From positions 1 through 43,882 of the forward strand of contig QPGO01000348.1 in the NCBI GenBank assembly GCA_008632985.1: a stretch of DNA of 43,882 nucleotides. The letters run 5' to 3'. Below are positions 12,576 to 24,553 of this stretch, piece by piece. A program made the translations under genes and the position numbers. The notes under the pieces are model-generated. The model did no database searches, was not told the origin of the DNA, and worked only from the letters and a program-made list of their open reading frames with translations. This DNA comes from Psammoneis japonica. Lineage: Eukaryota. How positions within the stretch are numbered: the stretch's first letter is position 1; every line of letters starts with the position of its first letter.

Positions 12576-15500
12576 CTAATAATCAAACCCAAAAGCACGA
12601 AACATCTCAAGGTCGTAGTCGAAGGACATTGAGTGGGACATTGAGTAGGACATCGAGTAGGACATCGAAAAATCAAAATCCGAGCCAAAATCACCAAACA
12701 TCTCAAGGTCGTAGTCGAAGGACATTGGGTGAGACATTGAGTATGACATCGAAAACTCAAAAGTCGGTGCCATGGTGGGAGTTCGCGTTGGGGATGGTGA
12801 TGGTACTTGGTTCACGGTGAATGCTTGCGCAGAACCGCGGAGTTAACGGCATTTGCATCACTAGTCGGTGCACCAATCGCGAGAAAGCTTCCGTCCTCCG
12901 ACAAGGAGACCGACCCTCCATACCCTCCAAAACGATCAAAAGAATCCGTGCCATTTATAGGAGAGCCCACTTTCTCCCACATGTCAATACTTTCGTCGTA
13001 TTGAAAAATGGTAACTTGACCCGCTTGTTGTATTCCAGTGAAGCTATGAAGAGGACTAGCAACCGCAACAACATTTCCATTTCCAGCCAAAGAAACTGAT
13101 CGACCAAACCCATCGCCTGGTTGCTCACTAGTTAGCACACCCAGCAACAACCAATCCATTGCCGCATCGGAATAGGAGTACACAAAAACCCGGCCTTCAG
13201 CACCTACGGCCAGTATCAAACCACGGTCATCGAGAGAAACAGCTTGTCCAAGGAAACCATCAGTGGCAGTTCCTACGATTGGACCCCCCAGCAACTCCCA
13301 TGACGTGCCGTTGTCTTCATACACAAATGACCCACCAACGTCGTCTCCTGTAAAATCTCGATAATCCGGGGCGCCAATGCAAACAATTGTTCCCAAGCCA
13401 TTTAATGAGACTGAAGAGCCAAATTCAGAATTGAGCTGCCCGACAAGCTCCTGTCCATAGCGGTTCCAGTCCGTGCCATTGAACCGAAACACCCGAACAC
13501 TATCGCCGTCCAACGTCCTATAGCAACGGTATCTCCGTCATCTGACAGAGATGTTGACCACCCAAAATCTCCTCCCGGTACAGAAATATCGCTGCCGCGT
13601 TGGTCCCAATGTTCCTTGGAATTAAGTTCATAAACTCGAACGATTTCAGCTCCTGATGCTCCAACCGCAAGCACAGTTCCGTTTCCATTCAAAGATACAG
13701 ATCGACCAAAGTCATCTATATTGGAATCTCCAGTCAAGATTTGACCAAGTTGAGTCCATCCGTTTACTTTCAAAGGTGCGGGGAGCCCAAAACCCAAATC
13801 AAAATCGGCATCATTTGGGTCATCAAAGCGATAAACTGACACATAACCCGGTGCAGCACGCAAAGCTTGCCATGCTCCGACTGCCATGATACGTCCATCG
13901 TTATTGGTCGAGACCGCGGTTCCAAATTCATCGTCTTCACCAATGCCGTTCAGCGTCTGCCCAACTTGCTGCCATGGAACATTGGGCAAAAGTGCATTTG
14001 GAGTTGGAGCTATGGATGGTGCCGACGAAGGTGCCAAGGATGGCACATCACTTGGTTTCAACGAGGGAGCTGTCGTGTAGGACATTGAGTAGGACATCGA
14101 GTAGGACATCGAAAAATCAAAATCCAAGCCAAAATCAAAAAACATCTCAATATCGTAGTCAAAGGACATTGGGTGGGACATTGAGTAGGACATCGAAAAA
14201 TCAAAAGTCGGTGTCATGGTGGGAGTTCGCGTTGGGGATGGTGATGGTACTTGGTTCACGGTGAATGCTTGCGCAGAACCGGCGGAGTTAATGGCATTTG
14301 CATCACTAGTCGGTGCACCAATCGCGAGAAAGCTTCCGTCCTCCGACAAGGAGACCGACCCTCCATACCCTCCAAAACGATCAAAAGAATCCGTGCCATT
14401 TATAGGAGAGCCCACTTTCTCCCACATGTCAATACTTTCGTCGTATTGAAAAATGGTAACTTGACCCGCTTGTTGTATTCCAGTGAAGCTATGAAGAAAA
14501 CTAGCAACCGCAACAACATTTCCATTTCCAGCCAAAGAAACTGATCGACCAAACCCATCGCCTGGTTGCTCACTAGTTAGCACACCCAGCAACAACCAAT
14601 CCATTGCCGCATCGGAATAGGAGTACACAAAAACCTGGCCTTCAGCACCTACGGCCAGTATCAAACCACGGTCGTCGAGAGAAACAGCTTGTCCAAGGAA
14701 ACCATCAGTTGCAGTTCCTACGATTGGACCCCCAGCAACTCCCATGACGTGCCGTTGTCTTCATACACAAATGACCCACCAACGTCGTCTCCTGTAAAAT
14801 CTCGATAATCCGGGGCGCCAATGCAAACAATTGTTCCCAAGCCATTTAATGAGACTGAAGAGCCAAATTCAGAATTGAGCTGCCCGACAAGCTCCTGTCC
14901 ATAGCGGTTCCAGTCCGTGCCATTGAACCGAAACACCCGAACACTATCGCCGTCCAACGTCCCTATAGCAACGGTATCTCCGTCATCTGACAGAGATGTT
15001 GACCACCCAAAATCTCCTCCCGGTACAGAAATATCGCTGCCGCGTTGGTCCCAATGTTCCTTGGAATTAAGTTCATAAACTCGAACGATTTCAGCTCCTG
15101 ATGCTCCAACCGCAAGCACAGATCCGTTTCCATTCAAAGATACAGATCGACCAAAGTCATCTATATTGGAATCTCCAGTCAAGATTTGACCAAGTTGAGT
15201 CCATCCGTTTACTTTCAAAGGTGCGGGGAGCCCAAAACCCAAATCAAAATCGGCATCCTTTGGGTCATCAAAGCGATAAACTGACACATAACCCGGTGCA
15301 GCACGCAAAGCTTGCCATGCTCCGACTGCCATGATACGTCCATCGTTATTGGTCGAGACCGCGGTTCCAAATTCATCGTCTTCACCACTGCCGTTCAGCG
15401 TCTGTCCAACTTGCTGCCATGGAACATTGGGCAAAAGTGCATTTGGAGTTGGAGCTATTAATGGTGCCGACGAAGGTGCCAAGGATGGCACATCACTCGG

Positions 15501-18500
15501 TTTCAACAAGGGAGCTGTCGAGTAGGACATTGAGTAGGACATCGAGTAGGACATCGAAAAATCAAAATCCAAGCCAAAATCAAAAAACATCTCAAGATCG
15601 TAGTCAAAGGACATTGGGTGGGACATTGAGTAGGACATCGAATAATCAAAAGTCGGTGTCATGGTGGGAGTTCGCGTCGGGGATGGTGATGGTACTTGGT
15701 TCACGGTGAATGCTTGCGCAGAACCGGCGGAGTTAATGGCATTTGCATCACTAGTCGGTGCACCAATCGCGAGAAAGCTTCCGTCCTCCGACAAGGAGAC
15801 CGACCCTCCATACCCTCCAAAACGATCAAAAGAATCCGTGCCATTTATAGGAGAGCCCACTTTCTCCCACATGTCAATACTTTCGTCGTATTGAAAAATG
15901 GTAACTTGACCCGCTTGTTGTATTCCAGTGAAGCTATGAAGAGGACTAGCAACCGCAACAACATTTCCATTTCCAGCCAAAGAAACTGATCGACCAAACC
16001 CATCGCCTGGTTGCTCACTAGTTAGCACACCCAGCAACAACCAATCCATTGCCGCATCGGAATAGGAGTACACAAAAACCTGGCCTTCAGCACCTACGGC
16101 CAGTATCAAACCACGGTCGTCGAGAGAAACAGCTTGTCCAAGGAAACCATCAGTGGCAGTTCCTACGATTGGACCCCCCAGCAACTCCCATGACGTGCCG
16201 TTGTCTTCATACACAAATGACCCACCAACGTCGTCTCCTGTAAAATCTCGATAATCCGGGGCGCCAATGCAAACAATTGTTCCCAAGCCATTTAATGAGA
16301 CTGAAGAGCCAAATTCAGAATTGAGCTGCCCGACAAGCTCCTGTCCATAGCGGTTCCAGTCCGTGCCATTGAACCGAAACACCCGAACACTATCGCCGTC
16401 CAACGTCCCTATAGCAACGGTATCTCCGTCATCTGACAGAGATGTTGACCACCCAAAATCTCCTCCCGGTACAGAAATATCGCTGCCGCGTTGGTCCCAA
16501 TGTTCCTTGGAATTAAGTTCATAAACTCGAACGATTTCAGCTCCTGATGCTCCAACCGCAAGCACAGTTCCGTTTCCATTCAAAGATACAGATCGACCAA
16601 AGTCATCTATATTGGAATCTCCAGTCAAGATTTGACCAAGTTGAGTCCATCCGTTTACTTTCAAAGGTGCGGGGAGCCCAAAACCCAAATCAAAATCGGC
16701 ATCATTTGGGTCATCAAAGCGATAAACTGACACATAACCCGGTGCAGCACGCAAAGCTTGCCATGCTCCGACTGCCATGATACGTCCATCGTTATTGGTC
16801 GAGACCGCGGTTCCAAATTCATCGTCTTCACCACTGCCGTTCAGCGTCTGTCCAACTTGCTGCCATGGAACATTGGGCAAAAGTGCATTTGGAGTTGGGG
16901 CTATGGATGGTGCCGACGAAGGTGCCAAGGATGGCACACCACTTGGTTTCAACGAAGGAGCTGTCGATGGAGATATGGATGGTGCCGACGAAGGTGCCAA
17001 GGATGGCACATCACTTGGTTTCAACGAGGGAGCTGTCGATGGAGAGGGAGTCGGACTCGGGGTTGGAGCAGGTGTAGGTGACGGTGTAGGCGCTGGAGTT
17101 GGGCTCAAGGTCGGTGATGGAGTGGGTGAAGTTGGACTCGGCGTAAGTGATGGATCGGGAGTCGGACTCGGGGTTGGAGCAGGTGTGAGTGACGGCGTGG
17201 GCGCTGGCGTTGGACTCGGGGTTGGAGAGGGAGTAGGCGACGGTGTAGGCGCTGGAGTCGGGCTCGGGGTCGGTGATGGAGAGGGAGTCGCACTCGGGGT
17301 TGGAGCAGGTGTAGGTGACGGTGTAGGCGCTGGAGTTGGGCTCAAGGTCGGTGATGGAGTGGGTGAAGTCGGACTCGGCGTCGGTGATGGAGCGGGAGTC
17401 GGACTCGGGGTTGGAGCAGGTGTGAGTGACGGCGTGGGCGCTGGCGTTGGACTCGGGCTTGGAGGGGGAGTAGGCGACGGTGTAGCCGCTGGAGTCGGAC
17501 TCGGGGTCGTGATGGAGAGGGAGTCGCACTCGGGGTTGGAGCAGGTGTGGTTGTTACCGTTGGAGCTGGAGTCGTCGCCGTCGTAGGAGCGGGTGTAGTT
17601 GCTACCGTGGGAGCTGGAGTTGTCGAAGTCGTCGGAGCGGGTGTGGTTGCCACCGTGGGAGCTTGAGTCGTCGAAGTCGTCGGAGCGGGTGTGGTTGCTA
17701 CAGTGGGAGCTGGAGTCGTCGCCGTCGTAGGAGCGGGTGTGATGGCAACCGTGGGAGCTTGAGTCGTCGCCGTTGTAGGAGCAGGTGTGGTTGCTACCGT
17801 GGGAGCTGGAGTCGTCGCCGTCGTAGGAGCGGGTGTGGTTGCTACCGTAGGAGCTGGAGTCGTCGCCGTCGTAGGAGCGGGTGTGGTGGCAACCGTGGGA
17901 GCTGGAGTCGTCGCCGTTGTAGGAGCGGGTGTGGTTGCTACCGTGGGAGCTGGAGTCGTCAAAGTCGTAGGAGCGGGTGTGGTGGCAACCGTGGGAGCTG
18001 GAGTCGTCGCCGTTGTAGGAGCGGGTGTGGTTGCTACCGTGGGAGCTGGAGTCGTCAAAGTCGTAGGAGCGGGAGTGGTTGCTACCGTGGGAGCTGGAGT
18101 CGTCAAAGACGTAGGACTGGGTGTGGTTGCTACCGTAGGAGCTGGCGTCGTCGCCGTCGTCGGAGCGGGTGTGGTTGCTGCCGTGGGAGCTGGAGTCGTC
18201 GCCGTCGTCGGAGCGGGTGTGGTTGCTGCCGTAGGAGCAGGAGTCGTCAAAGTCGTAGGAGCAGGTGTGGTTGCTACCGTGGGAGCTGGAGTCGTCGCCG
18301 TCGTAGGACTGGGTGTGGTTGCTACCGTAGGAGCTGGCGTCGTCGCCGTCGTCGGAGCGGGTGTGGTTGCTGCCGTGGGAGCTGGAGTCGTCACCGTCGT
18401 AGGACTGGGTGTGGTTGCTAACGTAGGAGCTGGCGTCGTCACCGTCGTAGGACTGGGTGTGGTTGCTACCGTAGGAGCTGGCGTCATCGCCGTCGTCGGA

Positions 18501-20209
18501 GCGGGTGTGGTTGCTGCCGTAGGAGCAGGAGTAGTCGCCGTCGTAGGAGCGGGTGTGGTTGCTACCGTGGGAGCTGGAGTCGCACCCGTTGTTGGCGAGG
18601 GCGTGCTTGCAAAAGAGGGGGCTGGCGTGACCGAGCTGGGAAAGGGAGTAAAGAAGCGGCTTGGAGCCGGAGTGGCCATCGCAGTTGGGAACACCGGAGC
18701 TGGCACGAGGTCTTCGACGATCAAGTTGCTTTCAATGTTTTCGACAAGACCACTTTCACGCAATATCTCAATCGTCTCTTCAAAGGCGGACTGGAATTCC
18801 ACTTCGTCGGGCGCTCGGAGTTCAGCATCGATCGGACAGAAACACGTGCCGTTGAGAGTGCTGTTGGTCTGAAGTAATCTCGGTTCCTCCATCCATGGCG
18901 GTGATTCTTGTAGTAACCGTCGACCACTAACATCATCAAAAAGGTTGGACCGGGAGGAGCAGCCACGACAACGTCCGGAACTCCTGTAGAGCCACGAAAA
19001 GACTCGACGTCCTCCATCAACAGGAGCTAATGTAGGCGCAGAGGTCGGCGGACGGGTCGGTGGAAGGGTTGGTGCACGAGTCGGTATCGGGCTGCCACCA
19101 CCAGCAGGAGGTAGTGTAGGTGGTGTTGTAGGAGAATCCGTGGCGGTGGGGTTCTGATCGATCTCGACAGAGTCGAGCACCCTGAATAAAATGTCACAGA
19201 TTTCGCCATTCAAGGCATTAAGGTTGTTGTAAGTGACAAGATAACCATCCTGTAAAGCCACCAGTTCACCTTGAGTAATTGCACTTGGATCGCCCGTATG
19301 GGTGACTGACACAACGGATTCAAACAAGGTTTCAGGGCCACAATCGACAGGCTCCAACTCGTACACGGCATCGGCTGAGTCCACATTGGTGAGGATATTT
19401 AGCGTTACGAGTCCTTCGATAACAGTGTTGAACGTCTCCAGAAAGTCTTCAGCGAACGGAGCCACACATAGACACTGATCTTCATCTTGTCGAGCTTCGA
19501 CAGCGAAATCAACTTCTTCGTCAATGGTGAGCTTGGACTTACGAGTCCTTGAGGACTTGCGTAGCTTTATCATGCCAGCCTTGGGGTCTTCTTCAGGGTT
19601 CTTCTTGGTAAGCAATAAAGATCGGTCCGACTTGCGTCCCTTGACGCCTCGTCTTGGTGCTTTATTTTCTTGATATCTGGTGAATTTGGAGTTCGAGAGT
19701 TGTCTCTGTGTCCCATCGATGGTAAGAAAAAGCCGAGAATCGCTGGTACATCCAAGGCAGCGTAAGAAAACTCTGTAGAGATAAGTAAACTCAACGCGAA
19801 TGTCGTCCGTTTGCCTTGTTGTTACAATTCGACGAGCAGCATTTTCTCCGACGGTAAGTCCAGAGTTGATTTGTGTCTCAATAGTTACGTTGTCAATAAC
19901 TCGAAATCCTCCATCATTGCCGCAAGAGTTTCTAGCGGTTTGATTATAAGATGTCGCAAAGGCATCTTGAAGAGCCACAAGCTCTTCATCTGTAACGTTG
20001 AGTGGCTCACCCGTGTGCTCCACCAAAAGGAGAATCTCAAGCACTTGTTCGGTCGCATTGTCGCACGGACTGGCTTGGAGACCTCGTCTTCGGAGGAAGG
20101 ATTGCTTGCTCTTCTTGGTTGCAATGGAAGCGGTTACCTGTGGCAAATGTTGGCATGCCAAGAATAGGGCAAGGATGGGAAGCACTCGCCTCAATGAATT
20201 GACGATCAT
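12576..20209 (-). CDS. Giant (~2,500 aa) secreted mucin-like protein with three 7-blade FG-GAP-type propellers; four apparent 1-nt frameshifts
   Basis: ATG 20209 gives signal peptide [19 protein letters not shown], then two Cys-containing domains, a TTPAPT mucin tract and 3 x 482-aa units with 7 FG-GAP-like repeats each. ORFs 17342-20365, 14718-17345, 13402-14745, 12812-13513 and 12576-12815 join if single bases are restored at ~17508, ~14730, ~13517 and ~12837, as the sister repeat copies indicate. Confidence 0.8.
12631..16966 (-). repeat. Three near-identical ~1,446-bp coding tandem repeats
   Basis: The same sequence recurs at offsets 1446/1445/1444 (e.g. 16547, 15101, 13656) with only scattered differences. 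Confidence 0.95.
17040..18585 (-). repeat. Coding minisatellites: 24-bp TTPAPT(V/T/A)A units (~17545-18585) and 12-bp TP(S/A)P units with a ~240-bp higher-order duplication (~17040-17520)
   Basis: Recurrent GGAGCTGGAGTCGTCGCCGTCGTA / GGAGCGGGTGTGGTTGCTACCGTG on the + strand. Confidence 0.95.
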
Positions 20210-21527
20210 GATGGAGTCGATTCGAATCTCTTCCACAGCGTACTTAATGCCATCTCTCACTAATTGAACGACCGATACACAGATGCCTGCGTTGTGGCCA
20301 AGCTGTTCTTGGCAGAAACGTGAGAGCAAACTGACTCGAGACGTGGTTTTGTGCAAGATTGTCAATCATGTTTTTGCTTCGACTGTTGGATTTTGAAATT
20401 TCCATTTAACGCGGCGCGAGGTTCAATTCTCATCCCTTGAAGATCTTGATTGGGTCAATTTTTTAGAAACCGTACGTTTGACCCCTGCAAGCCTCCGTAC
20501 CTTGTCCGTACTGCTGCGTTCTTACATTAGTCACTTCGTAACACGGTACGAGATGCTTTCCGGTTTCCGGCGGTTGCAAAATGTGAGCTGAAATTTTGGC
20601 TAAGTCAGGGAATTCAACGGTTGGCAGGTGAATGTTCTATACCAACTCGTATAAGAAGAAAAAAGGAAGATGCGCGGCCGCCCGAGTGAGCGCCGCCGCT
20701 GTAGCACAGTACCGGACTGTACAGTACAAGTAGTGGCATTCGTTTTTTGGGAGAAAACTCGCCATGACTTTGCATGTCAGATGTTGCATCATAGATTGCC
20801 AAAGGGCATCGATGTGATGAACGTCATGGTCCGGTGACAACCCAGATTAGCTAGAGTAGCCCTCTACCGGTAGAGAGTACCGGTAGCTAGTAGAGATGAT
20901 CTCCGGGCGGCGCAGGCGGCGTCTGTGGGCCGCATCTGCAAACAATCAACGATCAGAAACGCAACGATAGAAGGAAAGTGTCCTTTTTTTGGGCTGCCGA
21001 CATGAATGCTGACACCCATACCATACAGTAAGAAAAAGTGATGAAAGCCCGAGGGATCATGACCTGAGATTTTTGCGTCAACGACAAAGTGCACCAGCAG
21101 CTGTAGGTGGGTCTAGCCGCAGAAAGCTGCCGACGTGTCGTCCATTGCTGCCGTCAACTCAAGACATTCGTTACTTCCCCAGGTCTATTCTACTCTTTGT
21201 CATTGACAAAAAACTCTGCACCTGTATTTCTGGGCTTCATAATGTTCATCTACCCGCAGATGCAAGATTTGTGATCCTGTGTTGCTGTCTAGTTGCCCAA
21301 AGCAACAATCAGGTTCATTATACTTTGTAATTGCGTATACCTGCTCTTTCAGCTTTTTGGAGAAGGCAGCACAGGTCCTTACTCTCTCTGCTCGAATCGT
21401 CATCGTTCTGTAGAATGATTCAGTTTTTACAGGTCTCGACAAAACTAGGGACTAGAGGTAGATCTATTTAGTGATTTGGTTTTATTGTATCTTCGCTTCC
21501 ATTGACGCTTTCTGTTTCGTTTCGCTT

Positions 21528-22136
21528 TCACTTCGCGATAAAGCAGGTTGGTTCGTCTGTTTGGATTTGTCTCAGAAAGTTGGCCCGGAGCCGATCGATA
21601 CCAGGGGGTGGTGGAGCTAGACGTTGCACCAGACTTGCATACTGTTCCTGTGCCGCACTATTACTACTGTGAAGGGGGTGTTGAATATCCGTCACATATT
21701 CAATGGCGCACTTTCCAAACTTGTCCTCCACGTGAGGATCGGCGCCACCGGTATCCAAGAGTAACTGAACCAACTCGACAGATTGTGGTGGTGTTAGTTT
21801 GTGCGATGTTAGTGCCACATGAAGAGGAGTTGCTCCTGTCAGCTCATTGGTAGCATCGACGTTGGCTCCGGCTTGAATAAGGTATCGGGCAACGTCGACA
21901 TGGCCCCATAGGACGGCGAGATGTAAGGCCGTTTGTCCAATGGCGTTCCCGTGGGATGGGGGAACGCCCTGGTTCTCGATCAAATCACGGACTTGGTCCA
22001 ATTGATTCTGAGCTGAAACGGATAAGAGTAGATCCCATTCGGGTGGAGAGAAATCCTTGATCAAGCGATCCCAATCGATGTTTGGTGGCAACACTGGATT
22101 GTCGCCGCCATCATTGTCTTGGTTGGGAGCTTCCAT
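21528..22136 (-). CDS. Ankyrin-repeat protein (~200 aa)
   Basis: GQTALHLAVLWGHVDVARYLIQAGANVD, GATPLHVAL and GADPHVEDKFGK motifs; ATG at 22136. Confidence 0.85.
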   Translation of the reverse strand: MEAPNQDNDGGDNPVLPPNIDWDRLIKDFSPPEWDLLLSVSAQNQLDQVRDLIENQGVPPSHGNAIGQTALHLAVLWGHVDVARYLIQAGANVDATNELTGATPLHVALTSHKLTPPQSVELVQLLLDTGGADPHVEDKFGKCAIEYVTDIQHPLHSSNSAAQEQYASLVQRLAPPPPGIDRLRANFLRQIQTDEPTCFIAK

Positions 22137-22384
22137 GATCTTTAAGTGAGGCCTGGTCCCCAAGACGGTGAAGAGTGCAGAGGAGGGCACTACTGTACTG
22201 TACCGTACTAACTACCGAATGAAACGGCAAATGGCCTAAAAGAGCCTTATGACATCCAACGCACGCACCGGAGTGCAGTGCTTGTGGCCATCTGCTCTCT
22301 CCTCTAGCTACTCTTTACTCTGGCTAGCTAGAGCAGCTGCTAGCTAGAGGGATTACACCAGCTAGAGTGGCCATGACAATTAGC

Positions 22385-24350
22385 CTGTCATTGCTGATGA
22401 TGACAGACGATGTGAGAGGCACGCAACAGTGCAGTGCGTGAGGCAAGACCAGGCGGCCTGCGAGGTGGGCAGGGCCGAGGAGGTGACATCAGCGCAACAG
22501 GAAACAAAATCAACACCAACAATTAAAAAAAAAACAGTGTGATTTTGACATGCCATCTGGCATGCAGCTCAGAGTTTCTCTGTTGGTGCTGCTGGCCATG
22601 GTTTGACAAGAGCTGGCACGACACAAGTGGCTCTCCTCGCACAAACATTTTCTTGGCTCTCACACAGCGTGAGAAGATCTTGCTGCATTTGTGTGGCAAG
22701 CACATCAAGGCAAGCTTTTGCATTGGAGCATTGTGCTCAGGATGTCAGCAAAACAGTGTGCTCTGAAAGAACTCATTCCTGTTTTTGTGTGTGAGAAGCT
22801 TGTGAGGGGCTGAAGGCAACAACGGAGATTTGGTTGAAGCAAGCAGCTCTGTTTTTGAGGCCAACACATGGGAACAGTGCATGATTTGTGCTTTTCCCAA
22901 TTCTTGGCAATGCTGGCTGACATTGGAGAATGTCCTCTGCTTGGCACAAAAAGAAAGAAAGCCACAGCTGCGCCCCCAAGCTTGGCATCAAAACTGCTGG
23001 GTTGGAGCTGCAAAAAAATCCAGCAGCAGCACCAGTTGAGGGAGAATCTCATTCTCCTGGTGCACTTGCTGCCAAGACAATGTGGTCAAAAGAGTCAAGT
23101 GTGCAGCCCCAACAGCAAACAAGAAAGTGCAGAGCCAGCTCATTTGTCAAGCCCCAAAAATTTCATCAAAAAAGACATTCCAAAACAGAGAGCTGTGCTG
23201 TCTTGTGTGCTGGAAGCTTTTGACAACCTCCTTGCCATGAAAAGTCAAACTGTGCAGCAAGGGTGTGGCAGCTTGAGATGAAGTGGCAGCCCAAACAACG
23301 AGCATCAGGCCAGACGCAATGAGGGAGTCATTTGTGGTTTGTGGCCAAACTCTCTTGGAGGATTCAATGACATGTGATGGTTGCATGCAGGAGAAGGCAG
23401 ACGGGCAGATGCAATGAGGGGGTTGTTTGTGAGCAGCCAAGGGCAGGTCTTGGAGGACTCACCATGCAATGGTTGCACAAGAGAGAAGGCAGACAGGCAG
23501 ATGACAGCAGTTTGCAGAAACTTCTTCTCCTCATTCTTGGAAGATGTCATGATTGGTGGCAATGGGGCGAGCTGTGGTGATTTGCCAATCTCAGCTGTTT
23601 CAAAAAATCTGCTTTGTTGCCATGCTGCAGGATTTGAAGAATTTCTCCACAAGCCAGCAGATTTTAGCTGCACAGTGCTCCAAAAAGCTTGCTTTGTTGT
23701 TTCTGATCCATCACATCAGAGCACAATCAATGTTTTGTGTTGGCTTTGCTTGATCAGCCTGCTGGCCATGAAAAAGAGCTCACTGGCCATTCTCATGTTG
23801 GATCTGCTGGAGAGTCTCTGCCCACCTGGAGTGATTGCATGAACAAATGCAACCTTGCCACAAGCTTGTGATGCACAATTTTTTGTCAAGCAATGTGGCA
23901 GCATGAGCTGCTTGCTGAGATCACAGCATCAAAGCAAGCTCACATCAGGAGTGCTCTTTTCTCATGCTGCCAAGAGTCAGATTCTAAATCTAAATTCTGG
24001 GCTGCAGAATGTGAAGAGAAGGCTTGACAAATTGCACTCAAGCTGGGAGAGTTTTTTTTTGCAGAAATGCGGTGTGATGAAGAAACCCAACTGCAGCAGT
24101 GCTCCACAATTTCCAGAGAGAAAAATGAGCTGTCAATGAGAATGATGTGCTCTGTGACAAGAGCCGCGCCAATGCCCTTCCTCCATGTGGCAAGCAAAAG
24201 AGATTGATGAAGAGCGAGCCACTTGCCGCAGGGAGCAACAAACATTTTGTGTGTTGCATCCTCCTGGAGAGAGCGGCGCATGATGTGCATGATGTGGACA
24301 ATGTGAATGATGATGGTTCAGCTCAGGTCTGCCATTTTAAATGCATGGGT
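22385..24350. mobile_element. TpA/CpG-depleted degenerate sequence upstream of the Copia element (block C, left part)
   Basis: Almost no TA, TG/CA-rich, no intact ORF; contains a ~95-bp tandem duplication. Confidence 0.5.
23311..23503 (+). repeat. Degenerate ~95-bp tandem duplication (2 copies)
   Basis: CAGAYGCAATGAGGG..TTTGTG..GCCAA..TCTTGGAGGA..CATG..ATGGTTGCA..GAGAAGGCAGAC.GG recurs at 23311 and 23406. Confidence 0.8.
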
Positions 24351-24359
24351 TGTTTGGTT

Positions 24360-24553
24360 TGTGAGATGTCCCTCTGACAGACATCCGAGATGGGGAGTGC
24401 ACTCCCTTGTGTCGGACAGACCAGCACAGACAGCATGGAGAGATCCGATGATCTCTCCTTTGCTCACTTTCTTTCTCATCTAGCACACGATTGTCATCTG
24501 TCCTAGATGTCCATTGGATTGTCCCGATGCCGCTAGTCCGCAAGGTCATGAGC
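24360..24553 (+). repeat. Putative 5' LTR (~24360-24542, TG...CA) followed by a PBS-like GGTCATGAGC (24544-24553)
   Basis: Lies ~190 bp before the gag ATG. GGTCATGAGC differs by one TA->CA change from the GGTTATG(A/G)GC internal tRNA-iMet primer site of some Copia elements. No 3' LTR is present to confirm the boundaries. Confidence 0.4.

Noticed and set aside
17040..18585. Regular short repeats resembling a CRISPR array
   Set aside because: No unique spacers, in-frame coding minisatellite, eukaryotic context, no cas genes.
16777..18872. Plus-strand ORFs encoding [10 protein letters not shown] or RRRSGCG repeats
   Set aside because: Antisense shadows of the minus-strand Thr/Pro mucin repeat.
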